Shown here piece by piece: positions 36,900-49,852 of a stretch of 64,000 nucleotides of DNA. A program made the translations under genes and the position numbers. How positions within the stretch are numbered: position 1 is the stretch's first letter; every line of letters starts with the position of its first letter. Source of the stretch: Podarcis melisellensis (taxonomy: Eukaryota); NCBI GenBank assembly GCA_964234715.1, contig OZ174286.1; one strand, written 5' to 3'. The notes under the pieces were generated by a model that made no database searches, was not told the DNA's origin, and was given only the letters and a program-made list of their open reading frames with translations.

Positions 36900-37589
36900 C
36901 TGTATAAAAAGAATTTCTAGATGCATTATAAATTTAAATTGTAACTTACAATGCAACCCTGCACATATTTACTCACAATTAAGTCCCATGGAATTCAAAG
37001 GGGCTTATTCCTCAGCAAACATACACAGGATTACAGCCTCAGATTCTAGCTTTGCCTGTTTACATTTTATTCCTCCCTCAAATTATGCAAATACAGCCAG
37101 TAAGTCCATAGCTTTTTGGACAGTAAGATATAACAAAGAACACTGCCGTTTTCCATAGCATGTTTTCCATACAAAAATCTGAACCAGTTCAGATAAACAG
37201 TTTGTATATTTATAGGGTTCCAAATCCACAGTGTTCAGATTTACATACCAATTTGCCATGTAGCAGCTTTTTATTTTAAAAGATATGATATTAATATGCT
37301 GTCCAAAAGTAAGATGTGCATATCAGCAGATAATAGATCAAAGTTTCTGTAATATACATACACCAAAAGACAGACTTTAAAAGCTGGCAGAAATAAGTTA
37401 TCAATGTATTTTTGGTGTTTCACTGGGAGTTAATTCTATGAATTATTGCCTTATGAGAATGAAGGTGCATGAAAGGGCCAAATATCTAAATTTTAAGTGA
37501 CATGATTTTGAAAAGAATACTCTGCCATGATTTGCTCAAGATTCCCATAAAATATTGTGTATGGGGGGGGGGATCTTAGCACCCACAAC

Positions 37590-37832
37590 ACTCCTGATAT
37601 GAAGCACCTTCACTGTATTCTTTTTGGCACCTGCTAAAAACATTCTTATTTAGACAAACCTACGCAGATGTTTAGAAAGTTCATGAGAGTTTCAATTTGT
37701 TACAGTCTTTCGTTGTTTTAACTTTTTGCTGTAAAATTTTAAGCGATGATTTCATTATTTTACCTTTTTAGTAAACCGCTTTGAGGTTTTTTCTGCAAAC
37801 AAGCGGTGTATAAATGTTACAAAATAAATAAA
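37590..37832 (+). mobile_element. L2-like LINE 3' end fragment
   Basis: gtaaaccgctttgagg...aagcggtgtataaat...aataaataaa terminal stem-loop and tail; similar relics at ~9945-10450 (+) and ~44780-44970 (-, AFSVVAP motif). Confidence 0.5.
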
Positions 37833-38865
37833 AGCTAAGTAAGCAGGTAAGTAAGTAAGTAAGTAAGTAATTCACTCCCAGAAAGCCAGACTCTGGGCTG
37901 AGGAATAGGACACTATTAAAATATAGTAGCCTGCAATCTAATGTCTATGCTTACAGCACTGAACAGCAAAACACAGAAGTCGTTAACATTACTGTTCAAT
38001 AAAAAGAGCTGCAGAATTTGTCTGCTGAACTAGTCCGTTATTATTCCAGGTCATCTCGTTCCAACTTAAAACTTTGTTTTAACTCAACAATTTTGTACTG
38101 AAGATTTTCGCCACGGTGTAAAGGCACACAGAAAGCATGTGAATTATTAAGCGCTACTGAAAATAAACTGGTGGTTTGAATACAGCAGAGCATTAAACCT
38201 TTTGCAGAATGTGCAGATACCAATTCATAAAAAACCCTCCAAGGTACAATATATAAATGAGTTCCCTATCAGGACAGAACATACTACATTCCCCATCCTT
38301 TTCATCTCATATGTGAATTCCATCCTCCCATATTACTCTAGGTCCATCTTATATTATTATTATTTATTGAATTTTATACAGCTCTATACCCGCAGGTCTC
38401 AGAGCAGTTGGGATTCAGACAAATAGATGCTATGTTTCCATGAAGAAACTTGTCCCAATATTGAGGTTATCCAGAGTGGGCTACCATGCACTGCGAAGTG
38501 ATGCCTCTGGGAGGCATTTTTGCATCTTCCTCTTCTAAAGAGTTCAAGAACCACTTTCCGCCGGTGCAGGAGGGTGCTTGAAACTTGCCCCATGTGCTAA
38601 CTCTGGAATTGTTGCTCAGCGAAAGGAAAGAGGAGGTCTCCTAATAACTCTCAGCACCCTTAACAAACTATGATTCCCAGGATTATTTGGGGCAGGGGAG
38701 CCATGAAAGCTTAAAGTGGTATAATGCTGCTTTAAATGTATAGTTCAGATGGGGCCTCTAAATACAAAAGTGCTCCTAAACTCCAATGTGGGTGCCTAGG
38801 ATCCCACAGCCCTCCTAAACTATCACTACCTTTCCATATGGAAGCCTTCTATGTAATTCTCAGTA

Positions 38866-39107
38866 CAGTGGTACCTCGCAAGACGAAATTAATTCGTTCT
38901 GCGAGTTTCTTCGTCTTGCGGATTTTTCGTCTTGCGAAGCATGGATGCACCCTGGTATTAACGGTTTTAAGAAAAAGGAAACAAACTTCGCAAGACGAAG
39001 CAAGCCCATAGGGAAAATCGTCTTGCAAAGCAACTCAAAAAACGAAAAACTCTTTCGTCTTGCGAGTTTTTCGTCTTCCGAGGCATTCGTCTTGCGAGGT
39101 ACCACTG
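38866..39107. mobile_element. Tigger/mariner-like MITE with internal CGCAAGACG repeats
   Basis: TA|CAGTGGTACCTCGCAAGACGAA ... TTCGTCTTGCGAGGTACCACTG|TA, perfect TIRs. Confidence 0.9.
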
Positions 39108-39539
39108 TATGGTTCTGCGTGTTTCTTACAGATGCACAACAGAAAGTTAAAAGTTTAAGGCAAATGTGCTTGAAACGCATTTCCTTTATATAGGGTTGTC
39201 ATGTTTCAAAAAGTGAAATTCCAACACAAAAATTGTTAAGCTTTTTTGGGGGGGGCAAGCAAAGCTGTTTCGCTTTTATGGCAAAAACACAAAACAATTG
39301 ATGTTTTTGAGCTATTTTTAAGGAAGGTGGCAAAAAAGACACTGCCAACATGGGTTGCCATATGTCTGGATTTTCCTGGACACCCCCCTCCTCCATTTCC
39401 ATCCGGGTGCTGCTTCTGACTACAGTATTCTGGATATGTCCAGGAAATTCTGGACGTATGGCAACCATATTATCCAGCATACAAGATATATGCTCAAGAC
39501 TTAAAAGCAACAAAACAATTGAACGTATGAAATATAGTA

Positions 39540-39780
39540 CAGTCATACCTTGGTTGACGAACGCCTTGCGAGTCGAACATATTGGCTCCCGAACTCTGCA
39601 AACCCGGAAGTGAGTATTCCGGTTTGTGAACGTTATTTGGAACCCAAATTTCAGGCTCAGCTTCCAATTTGCTGCAGGAGCTTTCTGCAGCCAATCAGAA
39701 GCCGCACCTTAGTTTCCAAAGATTTTGGAAGTCGAACGGACTTCAGGAATGGATTCCATTCAGCTTCCAAGGTACGACTG
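39540..39780. mobile_element. Tigger/mariner-like MITE
   Basis: TA|CAGTCATACCTTGG ... CCAAGGTACGACTG|TA; shares ttttggaagtcgaacggacttc with 22135-22384. Confidence 0.85.
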
Positions 39781-40608
39781 TAACACCTTCTACCACAAGA
39801 GGTCAGTATCACATTTTTACTTTAAATTAAGTAAATAACTGGCCCCCAAAATGTATCAATCTCCTAAAATTCTGAAAGCATACCATAGTTTTAAAGAGCA
39901 ACTAGTCTCATGTCGATACAGTAAAAGTCTTACTTGAAGCTGTAAATTCTCCGAATGATTCTCTCTAGGAAACTCACAAATGCTATCCCACTCTTGCTGG
40001 GTTATTTGGTCGCAAGCATGGGATCCAATAAATATTTTACATTTGTCATGACTCCAGTAATTAAGCAAAAGCTTAATGTTATCAAAAGTGGCAGACAGTT
40101 TTGCTAAAGGTGGTGCTTTAAGCAGATAATATTTTCCTTTGAAAAAATTCCAGCTGCTGTCATTCTAGATTCTCCCAGGTAGGATCCACTTAAACCATAT
40201 AGTAGTAATAATTTATCAGGGGGGTGTTTTGTTACAATGGCTATATGAACTCAGTACAAAAATATATTCACTTTTGCATATATTCACCACTGCAAAAACA
40301 AAACAGTTCAATTCTATACATGTCTACACATAAATAAACCTCACTAAGTTCAGTAGGACTTAATCCAAGTTAAGTGGGTATAGAATTGCAGCCTAAATCA
40401 AGCTTTATAAGTAGCTGATATTAGAAATACAGCTGGGGTTTTTTCTTTTTGTTAGTTTTGGGGTGGCTTGTGTTCTGGAGGCTTCCTGCAGACAGCCAAC
40501 AAATGAACAGGAACACTATAACAATTCACTGGCTTAGGGCTAACAACACAAGGAAAATGGGAAGATAAACTTTTTTTTTAACCATTATCCTATTTTATAG
40601 TTCTATAG

Positions 40609-40744
40609 CAGAGATGGGAAACCTGTAGTCTTCCAGATCTGGCTAGACTACAGCTTTCATAATTGACTATTGGTTAAGCAAGCTGTGACTGATGGAAGTT
40701 AAGAGTTCAGCAACAACTGCAAGGCCATAGGTTTTCCACCCCTG
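40609..40744. mobile_element. Degenerate hAT MITE related to 19496-19631
   Basis: CAGAGATGGGAAACCT...AGGTTTTCCACCCCTG, same length and internal gactaca motif; similar decayed copies near 53631-53758, 55590-55720 and 60850-60960. Confidence 0.55.
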
Positions 40745-42178
40745 GTTTATAGGATGGTAGCACATTCTGTAAATGAATACTAGTATAGGGGGAAATCCTG
40801 CAAACTTTATTAACACATGCACATGCATGGCTTTTCTTAAATCTCTGCCGTTTACAGAAAATATTCAGGTTCTGGGAATTGTAAAAACACAAATATATAA
40901 TCTTCAAGCACACCTTGTATTGGAGATAGATCTGGGAGTAGAGGAAGCAGATCTAGGGAGCTGGGATGCAGTTGCTATTATTAAAATTATAAACTTTGGA
41001 ACAAATATCCTCTGCAAACCTTAGCTGTAAAACTACACGTGTTTGAACTACACATTTGTGTTCACTATCAAATTGCAATAATTACTAGGAGTTTTCTACT
41101 CCTGCTAAGTGTTCTGTAAGAATATCTGGATTTTTTACTCCACTTGATTTAGTGGTTTGGGAGCAATCTTCCATAGTCTGCACTTGCCTGGGGCTTCTTC
41201 CAAGCAATGGCGTACTGGCACCAAGCCAGTACAGGCGCTAGACTACTGCCATAACAGAGACAAAATAAAGCCTCTTTGACAATGGGACAGCCGCTGCTAT
41301 TCTCTGCTGGTGCTTGCCACAGACAGACACACAGCCTGTATATTTTTCACTTAATATGCACGGTATGTACATGAAACAAGACAGAAGTAATAGCTGTTAA
41401 GTGAAAATGGTTCATTTGGTAGTCATAACTAAACATATTTAACTTAAATAAATCAGAAGCTCATTATACATAAAATACCTAGGATATATACCAAACTAGA
41501 AGCATCATTGCAGCTGTAACACTACATCATGATTAGCAGGAGATGATGGGAGGAAATCTGCAAGCCCACAACCCATTCTAATCTCTTAACTATAGTTATA
41601 GAGATCGGAAACATTACATTTCTCTGTATCTATGCACTGAACACAGACAGACTTTTCCATGGGCAACTGAACAGAGTTGCTGACCAAGTTTGCAAATAAA
41701 TATTGTCACTATAAGTCTTGCTCATGCTGAGTGTTTCCTTCATAGACATTTTCTCACCAAAAAACTTTCCTGTTAATAATTTTAGCTTACTCACCTTGGC
41801 ATTTAATCTGCTATAGAAAGGAAATAATGATATATCCAGAACACTAAAAAGTATAATGAAATAACAGGGTGCAACAGTAACGGACAAGCTCTGATACAAA
41901 CATTTCCCTTTCAAATTTCAGCATGGTTCTTATTTCTTATTTTTACATACCCGGCATTTTTACATACCTGCACAACACAGAACTTAAAAAGCACAACCAT
42001 TACTTTTCATTTATAAAGATTTTACATGACTCACTTTCTCTCAGCAAACATTAATGTATCATTTACAACATTTAAAAAATACAAAATGTTACTAAATATT
42101 TTACTGTTGTCTTTAAACAGAAAAACAGTCAGGTATGAATACCCACTGCAGCACATGAAGCATCAGTTTTGCTCTTAC

Positions 42179-42223
42179 CTCAGAGCTATAATCATCCGCT
42201 GTAGTGGAAATCTCACTTTCCAG
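42179..42223 (-). CDS. AKAP9: AKAP9 exon 3 (LESEISTTADDYSSE)
   Basis: 45 nt; acceptor ttttag, donor GAG|GTAAGA; matches recalled ESEISTTADDxSSE. Confidence 0.95.
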
Positions 42224-45200
42224 CTAAAAGAAGATAAAAAAATAAAAGGACAAAAATAAACACACCCATTTCAAACAACCGAATCCTTTTATTTTTATGA
42301 TTCCAGAAAGTATTTCAAACGGAGTGAAAAGCATAACAAACACCACTGCCTCTCAAGAGAAATCCCCCCCCCCCAGCCACAGGCACCAAATCTTTATCCT
42401 TCCCTTTCACTCTGCAGTACTCAAAACACATGAGAGGAACTGCAACAGTCATTACTTCAAGAGGCATAAAAAGCACCATTTATTATTGCTAAGAGCACCT
42501 AGAATTAACAATGTGCTGCACAAAAATTAAGGTCCTTTACAGCAGGGATACCAAATCTGAGGACAACTGGGTACACAGACCCTTGTTGCTCTCTGCGGAA
42601 AATATGTTGCATAGGCTCTAATTAAATGGTGATTATAGCAATTAGTTGTTTTGTTCCACTGATTCTTCCAAATCCACACACCATTTGGAACTGGCACATG
42701 TTTGTGTGTCTTTGTCTACACACACACACACACACACGCACGCACACACACACACACATCCCTCTCTCTAAGTGCAGGGTTAAGTGCAAGGCAATCCCCA
42801 CAAAGTCAGTCACCAATGCCTAAATTGTTGTGGTCAAGCTCTCCCAGTCCAGGAATGGCCATAGCTGTCATGCCAGGAGAAGCTGGTAGAAGGTGCTTTT
42901 AGCCAATGAGGCTATCTGGGCCTCCAATAACAAAGCTGAATCCAAAACACCTCCAAAACTCTATCTGCTCCTGCTACTTCAAAGGAAATGCATCCCTGTC
43001 CACAATAAGCAATTGACAAATTTCTTACACACGGGTACCATTCACCCACGACGCCTCCATCTTGCCAGGATTCAATCTCAACTTACGTTCCCTCATCCAC
43101 CCCACCACTGTGACCCAGGGCCTCCAGGGCTTCTCCTGATTCAGATGTGATAGAGAAACAGATGTGTGCCATTCATGTATTGATGGTACTTTGCTCCCAA
43201 ACTCCTAATGACCATTCCCAATGGTATAGTCATTGGGGATGAATGTGCTCTGCAGCATGCCACATCATAACTTCTAGGCAGTTGAAAGAACTCTCCTAAT
43301 GCTACTTCCTAGGCTCACAGTCCCTTAGGTGCCCCCAGTTCCCATTCCATGGAGCCAGTCCAGCAGAATGGCATGGCTATCAGTACTGAAAGCTGTAGAG
43401 AGTATAAGAAGTATTTTTTGTATTGTTTTCAGATTTTATTTTATTTTTTGCTGTGAGGAAACCCATCTTAGAAATGCCAAAATTATGGTAAGTGAGCAGG
43501 AGTCATAATGAGCAAAACCTGGTCTTAAAGCCTCAAAAGAAGTTTCATTCCACTCATTCATTAAGGCTATTACAGAGACAACTGCTAAACTTCATTCTTA
43601 GATAATTAGAAATCTATGTTCTTTGTGTAGGCCATCTTAGATTTTTTTTTAAGTGCATAACCAGGTGGAAAGAGTGAAATAATTTTTAGAAAATAGATAC
43701 ACCACACAACCTAGAAAGTTATGAAAAGGTCTCCCTGACTACAAGTAATGCTGGCAAGATAGAAATTTTAAGAACCCCAAAAAGAAAACTATTCAAGAAA
43801 GTTCTCAGCAATGTTGGTTGTAAGACAGTCAGAAAATAAGTGAGCAAAAAGGCACTTACCCCATCTCTTGGGGCATGTATACAGTATTTTCTCTACATGA
43901 GAGTGCCAGCTCCCTAAGCAAAACATTACAACTTTCTGAGGACATTCTGTACAAGCATAGAACCTAATTGCAAGACTGCACAGAGAACCATGTTATTGGT
44001 TTTAAATGTTCTAAAAAAATAAAATAGGTCAACTTTCAGGCATAATGCTTGGCTACAACTGGCTATTTGCTCTGCCAAGAAATATAACTGAACATTAAAA
44101 CCCTAGCCAAACAGATCAAATTAGATTTATTCCATTAGATAAACACAGAGATTGAGATCCAAATAACTGTGTGCCCAAGTGTGCTAACTCAAGAGGAAAC
44201 TCCTTTCTAGAAATGAGGCAAGTAACAACTGGATATTTAAAAGAAAACAATATAATCCCTTTTTGTGTCCTCTTGATTTGAGCTTTACAGAATACTGTGC
44301 AAAAAAGTGATAGGGTGAAAGAAGAGGCAAATCCCAAAGACTGCCTTGCAAATCTTCATTTTACAGATTTACTAAAACCAAACCAACTTTTTGCATATCA
44401 TTTTTCCTTTTTTTTAAAATGTTCACTTTGTCCTACCTCTGTAGCCTTATGGTAAGTAAGAACAATTACTCAGAGATGTAAAAATGTAAAAGTATATTTT
44501 GAAAGGATATTATCATGCAGTCATCTAATACATGCATGGTTAGGTATGTACTGTACATATAAGATGCCAGTCCACTACATTACTCAGGGAAATCTAGCTA
44601 TCTGAGCCTTTCTTCCCATTCTGTTTTACTGTGGTGTACATAAAATACATACTGCATGGGCCTGATATATCAGTGCTTTTCATTACTTCTGTTCTTTTGG
44701 TTTTTTCCTACTCCTTGAGTTCCATGAAGCAAACCAACCTTCCCTGTTCAAATAAAGAGAGTTAGAAGTTCCACTGATTATCATCATTATTTTTGTCTGG
44801 CACCTAAAGATATGTAACAAAAGCACCAGGCAAGCCTCCCTGGGAAGAAGCCTCCCTGAGTGGGGAGCCACCACCGAAAAGGCCTGTTCTTGTGTTCCCA
44901 CCCTCCAGACCTCTCATGGAGGCACACAAAGGGCCTCAGATGATGACTGCAGGGTCTGTTGGTTCATATGGGAAGATTGAACATGCCCAAACTCTTGGTA
45001 CAGTCGGTATTTGAATCCCAATCACTGAGCTGTCTGCTTATTTGGTTAGGATGAGACAGTCCGAAAGAACACAAGCTGTGCTGCATTATTCCTTTCTTTT
45101 AAGAGGCCTAGTTTCATATCCATTTGCAAACTCAAACATCAGCCCAGAACATCCTTTGCATGTCTCTCAATTTCCCAGACTGTGACATTGGAATTTGCTT

Positions 45201-46607
45201 CATCTCAAAAATATTATACAGAAGAGCTCTTTGAGGTCAACTCATATCACTGTACTGATAGATGAGAACACTGATAATACTCTCAAACACTTTCCTGAAG
45301 AGGTACTAAATTTCCCTATATATAGCATCTCAAAGGATGTTAAGTGAATGATTACAATATCTGACAGTAGAGACAAGTTCTAAAGTGAAAATCAGAAAAT
45401 AAAAATGAATGAGTGCAAATTACACTTTATAGTAGCAACACTTCTTGAAGAATTAGCACAAGCATTCTTAGCTTGCACAATAATCATGAAGTAATAATCT
45501 GAATGCTCCATATCTAAAACTCATAATTCATGTGATATAAGTGGCAGTCTGCTCCAGGAATTCTATCATTAGATTGAGGAAAGCATAAATGAAAATTAAT
45601 AGATGTGTTACCTGACTGGCAACCTAGACAGCAGCAGATCTTCACATAGTGCCTATGCTTCATGAGAAATGGAAATTTCATATTCAAACTTACATTAATG
45701 AGAATCTGCATATCTCAGTGTCATCATCCTCAAAGACTACTATGAAAAACCTGAATATGAGGACAACATGATGGAGCGTTATCATCTAAAGTTTATATTT
45801 AGTTATATTCCTGGTAACTAGTTACTTGGCTGACTGCTTGACTTTCCACGTATATAGACAGCCTTCTTTGCCTCTTACACAAGTACATTGGTGGAGGAGT
45901 TTTTGCATACACCTTCATGATCTACAGAGGTCTTGTGAGAGATATTTTATACAGCAAGCAGACTGTCTGCCTACCAGCATCATTTCAAATGAATAACAGT
46001 GCATACCCTGGAATTGCCCAGAAGAAAACAGGGCATTCAATTTCTTCACGCAAGAGCACGGTGACCATCTTGGGTGTCATGATCTCGCGTGACTTTGTAC
46101 AAGTATCTCACCCTGAAAAAAGTATGTCTTTTGGGCTCCATAATCTCACATGAGAAGACACAAGTCCCAGTTTTGGGACTCAAGATGTTGGAGGATATGA
46201 CCATGAAACATGACAAATGGAACCCCCAATACCAAACTAGTCTATGATCAATTATTCTTTTGCATAGGTCATGGAATAATCTTCAAACAGTTACATGCTT
46301 TTACGCTCTAAAGTTATTTTCCATCTAATAAAATGCAGATTATTTATCAGCACTTCATAAACCATTCAGTTTCCTTCCCTTACAAATTGGATTAGAAATG
46401 TATTTATAGTTGTAAGTACGGAAAAATATTAGTTTTACAAATAGTGCTTAGTTTTTAAAACGTGCATGGGAAACTACATTAATGAACACATTCAAATGCA
46501 AAGTTTCACCACTGACCATTACTGTGGAACAGAGAGGTAGCCTCCTGATTCTGAATTTAAAATGCATGGTAATAAAAATAAGTTTTTCTAATCTCAGAAA
46601 CACTTAC

Positions 46608-46862
46608 TTCTGTGGTATATATTTGATCATGCTTGATCAATTCATCGCTGTGCAAAGTCCTCACAATGGCAAAGTCCGATGCAGCAGCTGCTCCTCTTTG
46701 ACAGCTGTGTGGGGATGCATCTTCTCCTTGAGACTGGTCAATATCCAGACCTTCTTGTACCGATTCTTCATCTTTGGTGTTTGATACCTTTTTCTTTTTC
46801 TTCTGCTTCTTGGGTGCATGCTGCCCATCAGAGTGTGCTTTCCTTTGTCTAAACTGTGCAAG
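46608..46862 (-). CDS. AKAP9: AKAP9 exon 2 (LAQFRQRKAHSDGQ...HDQIYTTE)
   Basis: LAQFRQRK motif; acceptor ttcag, donor GAA|GTAAGT; 255 nt, phase 0/0. Confidence 0.96.
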
Positions 46863-49496
46863 CTGAACACAAAAGAAAATCCTGTTAGAGTGAAAGTTTT
46901 CTTCTTTATTGCAAATGACACTGATTAGTAGTGCTCTACATAAACCTTCAGAATCACTGCAGGTGAAAACAAAGCTCAATGTTATAACGCTCTACGTAGT
47001 ACAGTATCTCTGGATAGAAAGTATGAAATCCTCATCACAACTGCAATGTGTAATACGATCAGCACATCAACATGAAGCACGATCAGATGAATATATATAT
47101 AACTTGCAGACTTCACACTAGCAAGTGACATACCTACTTAGAAAAGACTAAAAACCAGTAAACTTGCATTTAAAAGCCTAATGAGCCTTTAAAGCATGTG
47201 ATGTTCTTTTGCTTTGCACTCCCTTTCCACAAACTCGCAGCTTTCATTAGTAGTAACATCCCATGAAGCCATTTCGTTATTTTAAAATGCAACTTTTAAA
47301 AACAGGTCATAATGTTAAAATAATAAAGTCCCTCTTAATTCAGAGCATCAAAGGGAATCCCATAATAGTGTCACAGAAGGCAGCAAGAAATTGACCAGAC
47401 ACCCTACCTTGTAGCAAAACATGCCTATGAACATAAAGTCGCAGGTGAGTCAGACAAAGAACAGCTGAAAACCAATTAGTACGTAAGCTATTCAAATACT
47501 GTAAGTCAATACCTTTTGCACAGCTTAACACTTTTAATGAGATAGAAATGGATTTTCACAACTAAACCAATACAATACATTTTTCTGAGCAGGAACCAAA
47601 TATAGGCTCTAGTAGGAGAATAGCAAATTTCCTACTTTGCATTAAATATTAAAAACCCCATGAACTATTCAACATCCATTTCTGTTCCTTAAGAAGCCTT
47701 TTTGTGTGACAAACCTTGTTATTTTTTATGTAATAAAAGTACACAGAGAAGCAAACACCTACTTCATATACTAACAAATGCAAAAGTATTGCTCCTTTTG
47801 GAAAACAGGTATCAAGAAACAATATTAGCAGATTATACAATACAAGAATGCTGTGCTCATGATATTCACCAGTCCAGAAAGCCAGGCCTCCATTCAAGCT
47901 CTTCGCAACTCCCAAATGAATAAAAAAAAAAAGGATTCAGACTTTTGACAAAAAAAGATCCCAGTTGCTGAATGCTGGAACATGAGCTGTTTCTTCCAAA
48001 TATCTGCCAACCTCCAACTAGCAGCAAATACCACTAGCAAAAGAGAAACAGTACTTGCAAATCAGCCGCAGCACGTAGCTACTTTTGTCCTTCAAGTACA
48101 GATATTTCATTTCCCCAGCAGGACTTTGCAGTCTCTGGATCTCGATGAGACTGCTGACAACCAGGCATATGGCTCCTGCTCCTGCTCCACTCACAGAAGG
48201 ACCTTGAGATTTGCTGAGCCAAAAATGTTCACCTACGTATTTAGCACTTGCCTCCCTCCTGCTCTCCTTTGGCTGCTTAATTAGCTTACCCAATTAACAT
48301 AGCCTTTTCCACTTTTAAATTAGCAAACTTTTTTTTAAAAAAAGGAAAGTAAATATTTAATTAGTATCCTAACAAAACAAAAAAATGCAACACCTCACAT
48401 TGACTAGAGATTCTCCAACTATCCAATTAATTTGTTGCTATCCCCATCAAGTTCAGGTAAACAATAGAAAGCGCAAGAGCCTTATCTTCTTAGCAGAGGA
48501 AAGAATGGCTTTCAGCTCCATTAGCCTTTTACACAGCCCATATTGACATACAACACTTACTTAAAGCTGCAAATCTGCCCACTTACATGCATTAAAAAAT
48601 CCTATGGATGACAGTGTGTTTTTTTGTCCATAAAGAAATATATTCCGTAACTGCAATCAATGAGCAGAAACAAAGGAGGGAGAAGGAGTGGCTTCTTACT
48701 CACTTTGATGAGTGACCATAATGGGGGGTTTTTGGTCAGAAACTATAAAATTTTGAATGTGTGGCATTTGTTTCACACATCACATCTGAAAAGATACTGC
48801 TTTTTAAAATCAGTTTATCATTAAATGATGTATGAGCATGGTTATTTGTATGTCAAAAAAGAACAGGGAAATGTATCATGTTGATGAAATATTCGGTGCT
48901 TGTCAACAAAAGAGATCCTGTAAAAGACCCTCCTCAACGATATTTCTCAAACGTTTACAGTGGCTGGGAGCCAGTGAACTGCACAACTAGTTCCATGTGC
49001 CCAAATGAGCTACAGGATTATGTTTCACAAACAGCAGTTCTTCATGCCACATGATAAACCATTTCTAAAACTGAGGGGATATGCAAGAGCAGCTTGCCAT
49101 ATGATGCAAAGGCCTGTGGCTTAAAGAAAGTGAAAAATCTGACTGGGCATGCCTAAAAAACAAGCTTTTGGACCCAAGACTACATGAACATCAATTTAAC
49201 TACATCTTAACCGTTTAACTGAAAGAACTTAGTGGAACAGTAATATATTCCATTATGGAATAATATCAGAATCAAAAGACACTATGTATTTGATTTTAAT
49301 TACACAACACTATTCAGACACTAAAGCGATTGTCAAATCTCCTATGAATCTTCATATATTTAGATTGCATTCTGCTTTCTCAAGTCTCACCAACTGAGTT
49401 TTAGTCAGAAGAAAAAAGTATAAACAACTAAAAATGCATGTATTACAATTTGTAGAGGAGTTGCATCGTTGGTACGAATTTCTAATATGTCAAGTA

Positions 49497-49852
49497 CAGT
49501 GGTGCCCCGCAAGACGAACGCCTCGCAAGACGAAAAACCCGCTAGACGAAAGGGTTTTCCGTTTTGGAGGCGCTTCGTAAAACGAATTCCCCTATGGGGT
49601 TGCTTCGCAAGACGAAAAAAATCTTGCATCCCCCTGCCGTTTTTTCCCGCTTTTTTCTTCCTTTTTTTAAGCCGCTAAGCCGCTTATCAGCTGTTCCGCT
49701 GATAAGCCGCTTAACAGCTGATCGCTGGAAGCCGCTTGACAGCTGTAGCGCTAATCCGCTAAGCTGTCAATGGGCTTGCTTCGCAAGACGAAAAAACCGC
49801 TATACGAAGAGCCTCACGGAACGGATTAATTTCGTCTTGCGAGGCACCACTG
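49497..49852. mobile_element. Tigger/mariner-like MITE, same family as 38866-39107 (opposite orientation)
   Basis: TA|CAGTGGTGCCCCGCAAGACGAA ... TTCGTCTTGCGAGGCACCACTG|TA. Confidence 0.9.

Noticed and set aside
43860-43915. Possible cassette exon ending in GGG|GTAAGT in intron 2
   Set aside because: In-frame TAG and no other support
46863-46900. Upstream acceptor extending exon 2, like the recalled human 12-aa insert
   Set aside because: Nearest upstream AG adds 19 nt (frameshift) and shows no peptide similarity
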